DNA of 64,000 bases from Dehalococcoidia bacterium (GCA_965220655.1 CBDCQO010000012.1:166931-230930), one strand, 5' to 3'; counted from the first letter of the stretch, positions 1 to 8,872 are shown. The notes: a model not told the origin generated them from the sequence alone. Numbers and translations are program-made.

Positions 1-833
1 GCAGCACGGGCATGGCGTTCGGCCCGGCAATAGGAGGTGTGCTGACCGACCTGATGGGCGTCCGGGGCCTCTTTTTCGTGTACGCAGGTATGTCGGCGGT
101 CGTGCTGGCGATATCTCTGCTGCACCGGGAGATATCGCGGCCTTCCCGCCGCGCCTCCGCTCCACTGTTCGACCTGCGCGCCGTTGCGCAGATACACCCC
201 TTCTACCGCGCTACGTACCTGGTCCTCTTCTATTCGACGTTCGCGCAGATGATACGGGGGCAGGTTACGAACACGATGCTGCCGCTCTACGTGCAGAGCC
301 AGTTGGAATACTCCGCCTCGATCACGGGACTTCTGTTCACTGCTGCAGGAGTGACGACGTTCCTGATGATTGCGCCGACGGGGATCATCTCGGACAAGCT
401 GGGGCGGAAGTGGGCCGCCGGGCCTGCCGCCGTGTTCTCCACCATCGCGTTCATCGCCTTCCCGCTGGCGACGAACATCCCTCTGCTCTTCGCCGTGATG
501 TGCCTCGTCGGGCTGGCGAACGGGTTGGCGATGGGCGCGATGACGATCTACACCTACGACGTCGTGCCGACACATGTCCGGGGGCAGTTGCAGGCGCTGC
601 GGCGGGGAGTCGGCGAACTTGGAGCGCTCACGACGCCGCCCTCGGCTGCGGTGATCGCGAGCGCGTACACACCGGCCATGGCGTTCTGGTTCTTCGCCCC
701 GCTGCACGTGGTCTCGGCGCTGCTCATCTTCGGGATGGCGCGGGAGAGCCTGCAGGGCAAGCGAGCAGCGGGCGCGCCGTCCTCGCAGGAGATCGACGAG
801 GGAGCATCGTCGGTACGTTCAGAGGGAGAGTGA
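1..833 (+). CDS. MFS transporter, C-terminal part (5' end lies outside the window)
   Basis: The frame is open from the window edge. The translation is a run of hydrophobic TM segments with MFS-like loops (GIISDKLGRKW). The listed ORF Met at 12 is probably internal. Confidence 0.75.
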   Translation, partial: STGMAFGPAIGGVLTDLMGVRGLFFVYAGMSAVVLAISLLHREISRPSRRASAPLFDLRAVAQIHPFYRATYLVLFYSTFAQMIRGQVTNTMLPLYVQSQLEYSASITGLLFTAAGVTTFLMIAPTGIISDKLGRKWAAGPAAVFSTIAFIAFPLATNIPLLFAVMCLVGLANGLAMGAMTIYTYDVVPTHVRGQLQALRRGVGELGALTTPPSAAVIASAYTPAMAFWFFAPLHVVSALLIFGMARESLQGKRAAGAPSSQEIDEGASSVRSEGE

Positions 834-844
834 GGGGAGGTCAT

Positions 845-919
845 TGGTGGCAACGACAGGATTCGAACCTGTGACCTAGCGCTTATGAAGCGCCCGCTCT
901 GCCGCTGAGCTACGTTGCC
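845..919 (-). tRNA. tRNA-Met (anticodon CAU), elongator-type; a lysidine-modified tRNA-Ile2 cannot be excluded
   Basis: The reverse complement folds as a cloverleaf: acceptor GGCAACG/CGUUGCC, D stem GCUC/GAGC, anticodon stem GGCGC/GCGCU with loop UUCAUAA, T arm ACAGG-UUCGAAU-CCUGU, discriminator A and an encoded CCA. Length is 75 nt. Confidence 0.9.
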
Positions 920-1023
920 ACCGGGCACGCCGGGGAGCCAGCCGCTCGACCCGGTGCGCAGCCTTTCGATGATACGGACGCCCAGCTACCTCCGTCAACG
1001 AGAGAGTGGCGCGACGGAGCGCC

Positions 1024-2304
1024 TCAGGCAGAGGCGCGGCGGGGGTTGCCGATGGGCGGCAGGAAGAGCGCGGCCACGGTTGCGAGTAGGGAGACGACGG
1101 TGGCGTACGGGAAGATGAGGCGGTAGTCGTCGATGCCGGGCGGCGAGAACCAGGCGATGATGATGCCAAGCAGCAGCGGGGAGAACGCTCCGAAGAAGGC
1201 GTTGTTGCCCCAGAGCAGGCCGATCATGCTGCCCTCGATGTGGCGCCCCTCCGCGACGTCCAGCGACGCCGCCTGCGCGAGGTTGGCGCCGGCGAACCGG
1301 AATATGCCCAGCAGGCCAACCAGCACGAGGAAGAGCGGACCCAGTTCCGCAGTGAAGATCATGATTCCTGTAATGATGGTCGAGAAGAGGAGCACGCCGA
1401 CGAGCACCGGCTTGCGCCCGGCCCTGTCCGAGAAGGCCCCGATGAGCGGCGAGACGATTATGGACGTGCCGACCATCAGCGCTAGGTAGGGCGCGACTAC
1501 CGCGGCGATACGCGCCTCGCTCGGGTCGTCCTCGACCTCTCGCAGGAGTTGGGCGATGAGGACGGGAAGGAAGAAGACGATGGCGCGGTCGGCCATGCCA
1601 CGCAGGCCGGAGACGATGAGCAGTACCGGCAGTGCGCGAGTAGTGAACAGCCCGCCGATGCTCCTGAACTGCGCGCCAGCGGTCCGGGACACGGTCTCCC
1701 GGCGCGGGAGTCCCAGCCGCGCCAGTATGAACAGGATCATGGCCGAGACGATGGCGATGACGAAGAAACCGCCCACCAGCACGCCGCTCCAAGTGGTGAC
1801 TAGGAGCGCTGCTGCGACGATGAACGGCGTAATCACCTCGCCGAGGCTTCCGGCGGAGCGGTGCAGCGACATGAGCAGGGCGCGGTCCTTCGGGAACGTG
1901 AACGACAGGATGCCCAGCCCTACCGGGTGCCAGAACGACCCCGCAGCCGAGCCGAGCGAGACAGCGATGATGAGCGTGGCGGCGTTGGGAGAGATACCGG
2001 CCAGAAGGTAGGCGAAACCCATGGAGAACAGGCTTCCGGCAAGGAAGATGCCCCGGTTCCCCGCGAAGAGGTCGACCATGAAGCCGCCGCCCATGCTCAG
2101 GATGCCGCCGGCCGCCTGCCGCGAGGCGGACAGGATGCCGAGCGCGACCGGTCCCATCATGAACACGTCCTGGATGATGGGGAGCAGGACGAGGAAGCCG
2201 TCGGCGTACATGTGCTGGAAGCCGTGGCCGGTGACGATGACTCCGGCCACGCGCTTCGGTTTGCTGACGACGACTACGTCGGCTGTAGGGGCTGCGGTGG
2301 TCAT
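1024..2304 (-). CDS. MFS transporter
   Basis: 426-aa ORF with about 12 hydrophobic segments and MFS loop motifs (FSDRAGRKPV). Confidence 0.85.
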   Translation of the reverse strand: MTTAAPTADVVVVSKPKRVAGVIVTGHGFQHMYADGFLVLLPIIQDVFMMGPVALGILSASRQAAGGILSMGGGFMVDLFAGNRGIFLAGSLFSMGFAYLLAGISPNAATLIIAVSLGSAAGSFWHPVGLGILSFTFPKDRALLMSLHRSAGSLGEVITPFIVAAALLVTTWSGVLVGGFFVIAIVSAMILFILARLGLPRRETVSRTAGAQFRSIGGLFTTRALPVLLIVSGLRGMADRAIVFFLPVLIAQLLREVEDDPSEARIAAVVAPYLALMVGTSIIVSPLIGAFSDRAGRKPVLVGVLLFSTIITGIMIFTAELGPLFLVLVGLLGIFRFAGANLAQAASLDVAEGRHIEGSMIGLLWGNNAFFGAFSPLLLGIIIAWFSPPGIDDYRLIFPYATVVSLLATVAALFLPPIGNPRRASA

Positions 2305-2392
2305 AACCGTTCGCGTTTACCTCTACGTCTTCCAGTGTGCCGATACTAGCACGCGGCGCTCGCGGGGGCTCGGAGGGCACCCCCGAGAGGCC

Positions 2393-3544
2393 CTACTCCA
2401 AGCGGAAGCAGCGAGCCGCGTTCTCCCACATGAGCTTGCGCATCCGCTCCTCGCCGAGGCTGTCCCAGCCGAGGACGATGTCCGCTGACTTCGGGAAGCG
2501 GGACTCGGCGTGGGGGTAGTCAGAGCCGAACATGAGGACGTGGTCGCCCATGAATTCGGAGACCATGCGCGTCATCTGCTCGCCCTCGTGGATGACGATG
2601 CCAGCGAAGAAGCGACCGCCGGTCATGTACTCCTCGATGGTGCGGAGACCGTCGGCGACGTAACCCATGTAGTGGACCTGGTCCTCCATTCGCTTCATCC
2701 AGAAGGGGAGCCAGCCGAAGCCGGACTCGAGGATGGCGAGGTTGACGTTGGGATACCTGTCGAGGAGGCCTGCGCCGATGAAGGCGGAGATCATGCGCAT
2801 CGCGGCCCACGGATGGGAGGCAGTGCGCCCGACAAACGGGTTGTCCCAGAGGTCGCGGTAGCCGGGGTAGCCGGTCGCGAAGCTGTGGTGCGTGATGGTG
2901 AGCCCGGCGTCGTCGGCAGCGGCCCAGATGGGGTGGAGGTCCGGGTGGTCGACGGGGTAGTCGACCGGCAGGCTCACCCAGACGCCCTTCGCCCAGTCGG
3001 AACCGGCGTAGCGCTTGATCTCCAGCACGGAGCCCTCGACGTCGCGCGCGGTGGCGAGGATGAGCGAGTTCAGGCGCCCGGGGTGGCGGGAGCACATGTC
3101 ATCGATCTGGCGGTGGACGCTGCGGAGCATCGCCATGTCGACGGCGGGGTCGGGATGGCCGGACGCCGCGCCGGGCACCATGAGGTGCACGTCCACGCCC
3201 TCCTCGTCCATGTCGCGCACGCGAGCATCGGCATCCCAGTCGGAGCCGCCGGGCGTGGGGATGGTGAAGCCCTGGAAGTTCTGGAAGTGGCGCTGAGCAT
3301 TGGGGCGAGGGCCCGCCTCCCCAAGGATGCGCGGGGGCGCTGCGCCCCAACCGCCCTCACTGCCGAGGCGGTAAAGGTGGGTGTAAGGCTCAGGCATCTC
3401 CTCGCCTGCCCAGCCGGTGCGGAACTCGCGGGTCTGCAACTCGTCCTTCATGTCGCGGAGCATGGGGTCGAGGAAGGGCTCGAGCGTCTCGGCGGAGGCG
3501 TGGAAGTGCGTATCCGCGTCGAATATCCGATAGCCGTTGCGCAT
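2393..3544 (-). CDS. Amidohydrolase-2 family metal-dependent hydrolase/decarboxylase (ACMSD-like)
   Basis: 383 aa. The N-terminal IFDADTHF metal-binding motif, FGSDYPH near the C-terminus and the overall length are typical of PF04909-type proteins. Confidence 0.8.
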   Translation of the reverse strand: MRNGYRIFDADTHFHASAETLEPFLDPMLRDMKDELQTREFRTGWAGEEMPEPYTHLYRLGSEGGWGAAPPRILGEAGPRPNAQRHFQNFQGFTIPTPGGSDWDADARVRDMDEEGVDVHLMVPGAASGHPDPAVDMAMLRSVHRQIDDMCSRHPGRLNSLILATARDVEGSVLEIKRYAGSDWAKGVWVSLPVDYPVDHPDLHPIWAAADDAGLTITHHSFATGYPGYRDLWDNPFVGRTASHPWAAMRMISAFIGAGLLDRYPNVNLAILESGFGWLPFWMKRMEDQVHYMGYVADGLRTIEEYMTGGRFFAGIVIHEGEQMTRMVSEFMGDHVLMFGSDYPHAESRFPKSADIVLGWDSLGEERMRKLMWENAARCFRLE

Positions 3545-3615
3545 GGCTGTGCCTCACTGTGAGGGGATGTGGGGAGTATACGCCTACCTTGTTCATCCTC
3601 ACTTCTGTGCGTAGA

Positions 3616-3766
3616 ACCAAGAAGCTCAACGGGGCTTAAATCCTGAGCTTCTTGGTCGGATCCTACGAGTAATCCGGCAGGCGGTTCTGAGCTCCTTGGT
3701 CTTCTTGGTCGGGGGTGTTTCCAAGGCCGTGGCCTGCTTCCCGCGACCAAGAGGCCAAGGAGCTCA
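3616..3766. repeat. Two nested-motif inverted repeats built on CCAAG(A/G)AGCTCA
   Basis: Hairpin A: 3616-3628 accaagaagctca pairs perfectly with 3644-3656 tgagcttcttggt (13 bp, 15-nt loop). Hairpin B: 3688-3711 pairs with 3744-3766 (9+12 bp around a small internal mismatch, about 32-nt loop). Confidence 0.7.
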
Positions 3767-3787
3767 TCGCTTTCAAAGTTTCGCGTT

Positions 3788-3845
3788 GCACCCATAGGCC
3801 CTGTCTATATCTGGGCCTCGAGCTATAGACGGAATCTATGGGTGC
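3788..3845. repeat. 10-bp inverted repeat gcacccatag/ctatgggtgc enclosing a lower-GC loop with an inner aggccc/gggcct stem
   Basis: Read directly from the sequence. It lies in the 620-bp gap between divergent genes. Confidence 0.6.
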
Positions 3846-3939
3846 TGTCAGGACGCCAGCCATGGAACCAGCGTACGCGGTGGGGGTGCGACCGCGTAAG
3901 GGGCGCGTGTCATGCATCTCACCCCAGCACCCCTCCCCG

Positions 3940-4132
3940 GTTCACCCTCACCCTAACCCTCTCCCCTCAAGGGAGAGGGGACCGGACGGGCACCCACAAG
4001 GGATGCCCCTACATCGAGCACGCCGCGCCACACCCCAATGCTGGATTCCAGCGTTCGCTGGAATGACGGTGAAGGGCGGTTCGCGAACCGCCCCTACGCC
4101 AGGCGAGGTTCCTGCCTTCGCAGGAACGACGG
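3940..4132. repeat. Array of REP-like palindromic units (intergenic)
   Basis: Successive small hairpins: ccctctccc-ctcaa-gggagaggg, gggcaccc-acaa-gggatgccc, attccagcg/cgctggaat, the perfect palindrome gggcggttcgcgaaccgccc, and gttcctgc-cttc-gcaggaac. The last 60 nt (4073-4132) recur at 5354-5413. Confidence 0.75.
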
Positions 4133-4165
4133 AGGAGAGCAGGAACGACAGGGTGAGGGTGTAGG

Positions 4166-5206
4166 ATGCGCGGCATGGCGAACGGGAAACCGATACGGCG
4201 CATCGGGGTGCACGTGCCTGCGGACGGGTTGTCGCGACAGGAGACGCTCGACCTTGTGCGGCGGGCGGAGGAGCTGGGGTACGAGTCGATCTGGGCCGGG
4301 GAGTCGTGGGGGTTCGACGCGTTCACGACGCTGGGGTGGCTCGCGGGCCAGACGACGCGCATCGGCATCGGGACGCACATCGCGACGATGTTCAGCCGGA
4401 CGCCGGCGATGACGGCGCAGAGCGCGGCGTCGCTCGACTCGATATCAGACGGACGACTCACGCTGGGGCTCGGCACGAGCGGGCCGATCGTGGTCGAGAA
4501 CTGGCACGGGCAGCGGTGGGAGCAGCCGCTGCAGCGCACGCGCGAGTTCATCGACATCGTGCGGCTGGCGCTGTCCGGCGAGCGCGTGGACTACGACGGG
4601 CGCATCTTCCGGCTGCGCGGCTTCCGCCTGCGGGACGAGCCCCCACGCTCCGAGGTGCCGGTCATGCTGGCGTCGATAGGGCCTCGGAACGTGGAGCTGA
4701 CGGGCGAACTGGCGGAGGGCTGGCTGCCCATCTTTCTGCGCATGGACGCGCTACCGGAGATGCGGGCGTTACTGGCGGCGGGGGCGGCGCGGTCCGGGCG
4801 CGATGCGTCGGCCATCGAGATAGCGCCCGCGATGCTGGCCGCGGCGTCTGAGCGCGCGCCTGAGGCTGTGCGGGACCTAGCGCGGGCGCACATCGCGTTC
4901 TACGCGGGCGGCATGGGGACGTTCTACAACCGGATGCTGCAGCGTTTCGGGTGGGCGGAGGAGGCGGAGCGCATCAACCGGGAGTGGGCACGTCCGAACC
5001 GCGAGGGACGTCCGGCGGCTGCCGCCGCCGTCACGAACGAGATGCTGGACTCGACGAGCGCGGTCGGGACTCCGGCGCACGCTCGGGACCGATTGGAAGC
5101 GGCGGATGCCGCAGGCGTCACGCTGCCGGTGCTGATGTTTCCGCACGGCGCTGACGCCGCGCTGATCGGCGACACGCTGGAAGCGCTTGCGCCGTCGAGG
5201 TGGTGA
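4166..5206 (+). CDS. Luciferase-like (LLM class, probably F420- or FMN-dependent) oxidoreductase
   Basis: 346 aa with an LLM-typical N-terminus (AEELGYESIWAGESWGFDAFT, SDGRLTLGLG). Confidence 0.85.
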   Translation: MRGMANGKPIRRIGVHVPADGLSRQETLDLVRRAEELGYESIWAGESWGFDAFTTLGWLAGQTTRIGIGTHIATMFSRTPAMTAQSAASLDSISDGRLTLGLGTSGPIVVENWHGQRWEQPLQRTREFIDIVRLALSGERVDYDGRIFRLRGFRLRDEPPRSEVPVMLASIGPRNVELTGELAEGWLPIFLRMDALPEMRALLAAGAARSGRDASAIEIAPAMLAAASERAPEAVRDLARAHIAFYAGGMGTFYNRMLQRFGWAEEAERINREWARPNREGRPAAAAAVTNEMLDSTSAVGTPAHARDRLEAADAAGVTLPVLMFPHGADAALIGDTLEALAPSRW

Positions 5207-5229
5207 GGGGGGCATTCCCGTCCGAGCCT

Positions 5230-5413
5230 GCCCCGAGAGATTTCTCGACTCCGCTGCGCTCCGCTCGAAATGACAGGCACCCAGCCCCAGTCCCTGCCAC
5301 CCCGTGTGACCTGACGGTCACGCTGGATTCCCGCGAAGGCGGGAATCCAGGGGAGGGCGGTTCGCGAACCGCCCCTACACGAGGCGAGGTTCCTGCCTGC
5401 GCAGGAACGACGG
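5230..5413. repeat. Second array of REP-like palindromic units
   Basis: Contains gtgacc-tgac-ggtcac, the perfect 12-bp stem ctggattcccgc-gaag-gcgggaatccag, then 5354-5413, which is about 90% identical to 4073-4132 (gggcggttcgcgaaccgccc plus the gttcctgc hairpin). Confidence 0.75.
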
Positions 5414-5416
5414 CTG

Positions 5417-6529
5417 CTACACCATCTCGATGATGGCGCGGCCGACGATGTCGCCGCTGGCGAGGGCGCTGTAGGCGTCGTTCACCTCGTCGAGGGTGTA
5501 GCGGCGGGTGATCGGGGCGCTGGTGTCGACCGCACCGCGGCGGACGAGTTCGACGATCTCCGGCATGTCGCTGCGGGCCTTCGCGCCGTAGGAGCCGGCG
5601 ACCGTGATGCCGCGCCGGACGAACCGCGTAATCTCCAACGGCACCTCGACACCCACAGCCGCGATGCCGATCAGCACGACCTTGCCGCCGTCGCGTACGG
5701 ACTCGAATGCCTGCCTCACCGTGACGGGCGAGCCGAGCGCCTCGATGGCGACGTCGACGCCGCGCCCGTTCGCGAGTTCGCGGACGCGGGCAGGGGCGTC
5801 CTCGGACGTGCCGTTGACGGCGTGCGTTGCGCCCATCTCCAGCGCCTTCTCCAGCTTGTCGCCGCGTATGTCGACGGCGATGACCTGCGACGCTCCGAAC
5901 GCCCGCGCCATCTGGAGCACCTGCGTCCCGACGCCGCCGACGGCGAAGACGGCGACGCTCTGGCCGGGGCGGACGTCGGCCTGGTTCCGCACCGCGCCGT
6001 AGGCGGTGAAGATGGAGCAGCCGACGATGGCGGCGTCCGTGAGGGGCACGCTCTCCGGCAGCGGGAAGACAGACGTGTCGGGGGTCACGGCGTACTCGGC
6101 GAGGCCGCCCATGCTGTACATGGCGATGGGGTCGCCGTTGGGCCGGTGCAGGCGTGTGGAGCCGTCGTAGAGCTGTCCCTTGAGGCGGTTGTAGGCGAAG
6201 AACGTCTCGCAGAGGTCCTCGCGTCCCCGGACGCAGTAGCCGCAGTTACCGCACGGCATGATGAACGAGCAGACGACACGGTCGCCGGGAGTGACGTTCG
6301 TCACTCCCGGGCCAATGGCGTCGACGACGCCCGAGACCTCGTGGCCGAGCACGCCGGGCGTGGGGAAGGCGACCTCGCCCTTGAGGACGTGTAGGTCGGT
6401 GTGGCAGACGCCGCACGCGGCGACCTTCACCCGGACCTCGTGCTCATGCGGCTCCGGCATGACCAATTCCTCGACGGTCATGGGTTGGTTGGGCTGGGAG
6501 AAGACGGCGGCGCGCACGACTAGAACCAC
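5417..6529 (-). CDS. Zinc-dependent alcohol dehydrogenase (MDR family)
   Basis: GVCHTDLH catalytic-Zn motif, GHEVSG, a structural-Zn Cys cluster (CGNCGYC) and the GGVG Rossmann motif. An alternative GTG start at 6517 would give MRAAVF. Confidence 0.9.
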   Translation of the reverse strand: MVLVVRAAVFSQPNQPMTVEELVMPEPHEHEVRVKVAACGVCHTDLHVLKGEVAFPTPGVLGHEVSGVVDAIGPGVTNVTPGDRVVCSFIMPCGNCGYCVRGREDLCETFFAYNRLKGQLYDGSTRLHRPNGDPIAMYSMGGLAEYAVTPDTSVFPLPESVPLTDAAIVGCSIFTAYGAVRNQADVRPGQSVAVFAVGGVGTQVLQMARAFGASQVIAVDIRGDKLEKALEMGATHAVNGTSEDAPARVRELANGRGVDVAIEALGSPVTVRQAFESVRDGGKVVLIGIAAVGVEVPLEITRFVRRGITVAGSYGAKARSDMPEIVELVRRGAVDTSAPITRRYTLDEVNDAYSALASGDIVGRAIIEMV

Positions 6530-7992
6530 CTGCTGATGACGACCTTGCGGTCGGTGAAGAAGTCAACGACCTCGCGTCCCTGGGCGTGGAGCGTGCCGAA
6601 GAAGGAGTCCTTCATGCCGCCGAACGGGAAGAAGGCCATGGGCGCGGCGACGCCGACGTTGACGCCGATGTTGCCGGCGGTGACGCGGTGCCTGAACTCC
6701 CGCGCAGCCGCGCCACTGGCGGTGAAGATGCTGGCCGCGTTGCCGAACGGCAGGGCCTCGATGTGCCCTATGGCTTCGTCGAGCGAGTCGGCGCGCATGA
6801 TGCCGGCGACGGGGCCGAATATCTCCTCTTTCGCGATGGCCATCTGCGGCTCGACGCCGTCGAAGACGCACGGCCCGGCGAAGTAACCCGGGAGCTCCTC
6901 GTCCTGGCGGGCGGAGCGCCGGTCCACGATGAGGTCCGCGCCCTCCTCGACGCCCTTGTCGACATAGCCGAGCACCCGATCCAGCGAGCGCTGGGAGATG
7001 ACCGGTCCCATGCCGACGGTCTCGTCCAGCCCGTAGCCGAGCTTGAGGTTGCGCGCACCCTCTGCGAGGCGGTCGCGCACGCTCTCGTAGGCGCCACCGA
7101 CGGTGACGACGACCGAGCCCGCGAGGCATCGCTGTCCCGCCGCGCCGAAGATGGAGCCCATCATGTTGTCGATGGTGGAGTCGAGGTGGGCGTCCGGCAT
7201 GGCGACGAGGAAGTTCTTCGCGCCGCCGCCGCACTGGACGCGCTTCCCCTGTGCCGACGCCTTCGTGTAGACGTAGCGGGCCACGGGGGAGGAGCCGACG
7301 AACGAGATGCCGCGCACGTCCGGGTGTTCCAGCAGGGCGTCGACGGCGTCCTTCGCGCCATGCACGACGTTCAGCACACCGGCGGGGATGCCGGCTTCCA
7401 GGGCGAGCTCGGCCATGCGCGTTTGCGAGAGCGGGGTCTGCTCCGACGGCTTGACCACGACGGTGTTGCCGGTGGCGATGGCGTAGGGGATGAACCAGTT
7501 GGGGACCATGAGCGGGAAGTTGAACGGGCCGATGACCCCGAAGACGCCGATGGGCTGGCGGATGGCCTCAGCGTCGATGCTGGGCGCGATGTTCTCCAGT
7601 CCGTAGCCCTGCATGAGCGTGGGGATGCCGGCGGCGACCTCCACGTTCTCGATGGCGCGCCGCGTCTCGCCGCGCGCGTCCTCAATCGTCTTGCCGTGCT
7701 CCTGGACGATGGTGCGGGCGAACTCCTCAAAGTGCTGCTCCATCAGTCCTTTGAGCGTGAAGAGGCTGCGGGCGCGGAGCACGGGCGGAGTCTCACGCCA
7801 TGTAAGAAAGGCCTGCTTCGCCGCGGCGACCGCGTCGTTCACCTCGCTGGGGGTGGAGAGCGGGACCTGGGCGATGACGCCGGTGGTCGCTGGGTTCTCC
7901 ACGTCCAACCAGCCGCTCGCGTCGGGTTCGACCCACTCGCCGTTGATGAGATTCCTCAGTCTGCCGTAGTTCGCTTTCACCTCGGACAGCAC
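6520..7992 (-). CDS. mmsA: CoA-acylating methylmalonate-semialdehyde dehydrogenase
   Basis: ALDH-family protein with an MmsA-type N-terminus (NLINGEWV) and VGSSPVARYVY. The start was moved to GTG 7992, which sits 6 nt after AGGAGGA. The listed ORF start at 8031 has no SD. Confidence 0.85.
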   Translation of the reverse strand: MLSEVKANYGRLRNLINGEWVEPDASGWLDVENPATTGVIAQVPLSTPSEVNDAVAAAKQAFLTWRETPPVLRARSLFTLKGLMEQHFEEFARTIVQEHGKTIEDARGETRRAIENVEVAAGIPTLMQGYGLENIAPSIDAEAIRQPIGVFGVIGPFNFPLMVPNWFIPYAIATGNTVVVKPSEQTPLSQTRMAELALEAGIPAGVLNVVHGAKDAVDALLEHPDVRGISFVGSSPVARYVYTKASAQGKRVQCGGGAKNFLVAMPDAHLDSTIDNMMGSIFGAAGQRCLAGSVVVTVGGAYESVRDRLAEGARNLKLGYGLDETVGMGPVISQRSLDRVLGYVDKGVEEGADLIVDRRSARQDEELPGYFAGPCVFDGVEPQMAIAKEEIFGPVAGIMRADSLDEAIGHIEALPFGNAASIFTASGAAAREFRHRVTAGNIGVNVGVAAPMAFFPFGGMKDSFFGTLHAQGREVVDFFTDRKVVISRWF

Positions 7993-8060
7993 GTGCGTTC
8001 CTCCTGCGTTCCGGTATGGGGCGCGGAGCATTGTAGCGGAGCGGGTTGCCGCCGTGCCGC

Positions 8061-8071
8061 TGACCTATAAT
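8061..8071 (+). promoter_or_regulatory. Possible -10 element TGacCTATAAT
   Basis: Consensus TATAAT at 8066-8071 lies in the divergent mmsA / diiron-protein gap. No good -35 is present (TTGCCG with only a 14-nt spacer). Confidence 0.3.
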
Positions 8072-8095
8072 CGCGCCGTCAGAAACAGGAGGCGC

Positions 8096-8869
8096 ATGAT
8101 GGACGAGCAGCAGGCACGAGAGCGTCGTAACGAGTTGACCCGGTACGCGTCGCGGTTCTGGGCGGGCGAGGCCGAGATAGCGCGGACGTTCTTCGCGGAG
8201 TCGCGGTCGCCGGAGGAGCACCTGCGCTGGCTGCGCGTACAGGCGTACAAGGAGCTGCAGCCGCGCGACGACGGCATCATCCTGCGGAACATCGAGCAGC
8301 TTGCGCGGAACTACCCATCGCTGGAGAAGGGCGTCGGCCGGGCGGACTTCCTCTACAACATCCAGTTCCTCGAAGAGGAGTTCCGGCACTACGTCGTCTT
8401 CGCGGACGTGATCGACTACATCACCGGCGGGCAGTTGACGACCGAAGAACTCGCGACGTACGACATCGAGCACGAGCGGGAGCTGCGCGCGGTGCGCAAG
8501 CGCTGCTTCGAGCGTCATGGGGAGCTGGGGCGGTTCGCGTCGTCGTTCTGCGAGGGCGGCGGGGCATCGATCTTCTACGAGGGAATGCAGATAAGCGGCG
8601 ACGAACTCAGCGACCGCATCGCCGCAGCCTGCGCGAACGTGTACGGCGACGAAGTCGACCATGCTGCGCATGGCGCGGACAACCTGAACGCGATCGCGCG
8701 GTCGGAAGAGGACTGGGCGCTGGCGAAGGAGATGGTGACGGAGATCTCGATGCAGCGTCTGCGGATGCGTAACGAGGAGTTCGGCTTCCCGCTGTCGGAC
8801 GAGCGGCTGCTGGAGATCGCGGAGGGGCAGGTGGAACTGCCGGCGCGGTTCGAGGCGCTGCTGGTTTAG
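8096..8869 (+). CDS. Ferritin-like diiron-carboxylate protein of unknown function
   Basis: Two ExxH motifs, EEEFRH (8373-8390) and DEVDHAAH (8648-8671), are each preceded by a helix with a conserved-looking Glu, giving an E...ExxH...E...ExxH pattern. The start was set at ATG 8096, just downstream of AGGAGG (8087-8092). Confidence 0.65.
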   Translation: MMDEQQARERRNELTRYASRFWAGEAEIARTFFAESRSPEEHLRWLRVQAYKELQPRDDGIILRNIEQLARNYPSLEKGVGRADFLYNIQFLEEEFRHYVVFADVIDYITGGQLTTEELATYDIEHERELRAVRKRCFERHGELGRFASSFCEGGGASIFYEGMQISGDELSDRIAAACANVYGDEVDHAAHGADNLNAIARSEEDWALAKEMVTEISMQRLRMRNEEFGFPLSDERLLEIAEGQVELPARFEALLV

Positions 8870-8872
8870 GGG

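Noticed and set aside
845-919. tRNA-CAU as the initiator tRNA-fMet
   Set aside because: It has a paired G1-C72 end and lacks the three consecutive G-C pairs at the base of the anticodon stem. I therefore call it elongator Met (or Ile2).
995-2380. 461-aa ORF on the - strand overlapping the MFS gene in another frame
   Set aside because: It is Arg/Pro/His-rich nonsense, whereas the 1024-2304 frame gives a coherent 12-TM transporter.
3838-4164. 108-aa ORF (contains IPAFAGMT, GSRTAPT, NPLPSRERG), and 5200-5433 (77 aa)
   Set aside because: These are translations of the REP-like palindromes. Such peptides are a known artefact class. No SD is present and there are hairpins throughout.
6586-8070. 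494-aa ORF on the + strand
   Set aside because: It is antisense to mmsA, which has a clear ALDH family signature. Its Arg/Gly/Asp-rich composition marks it as a GC-driven open frame.
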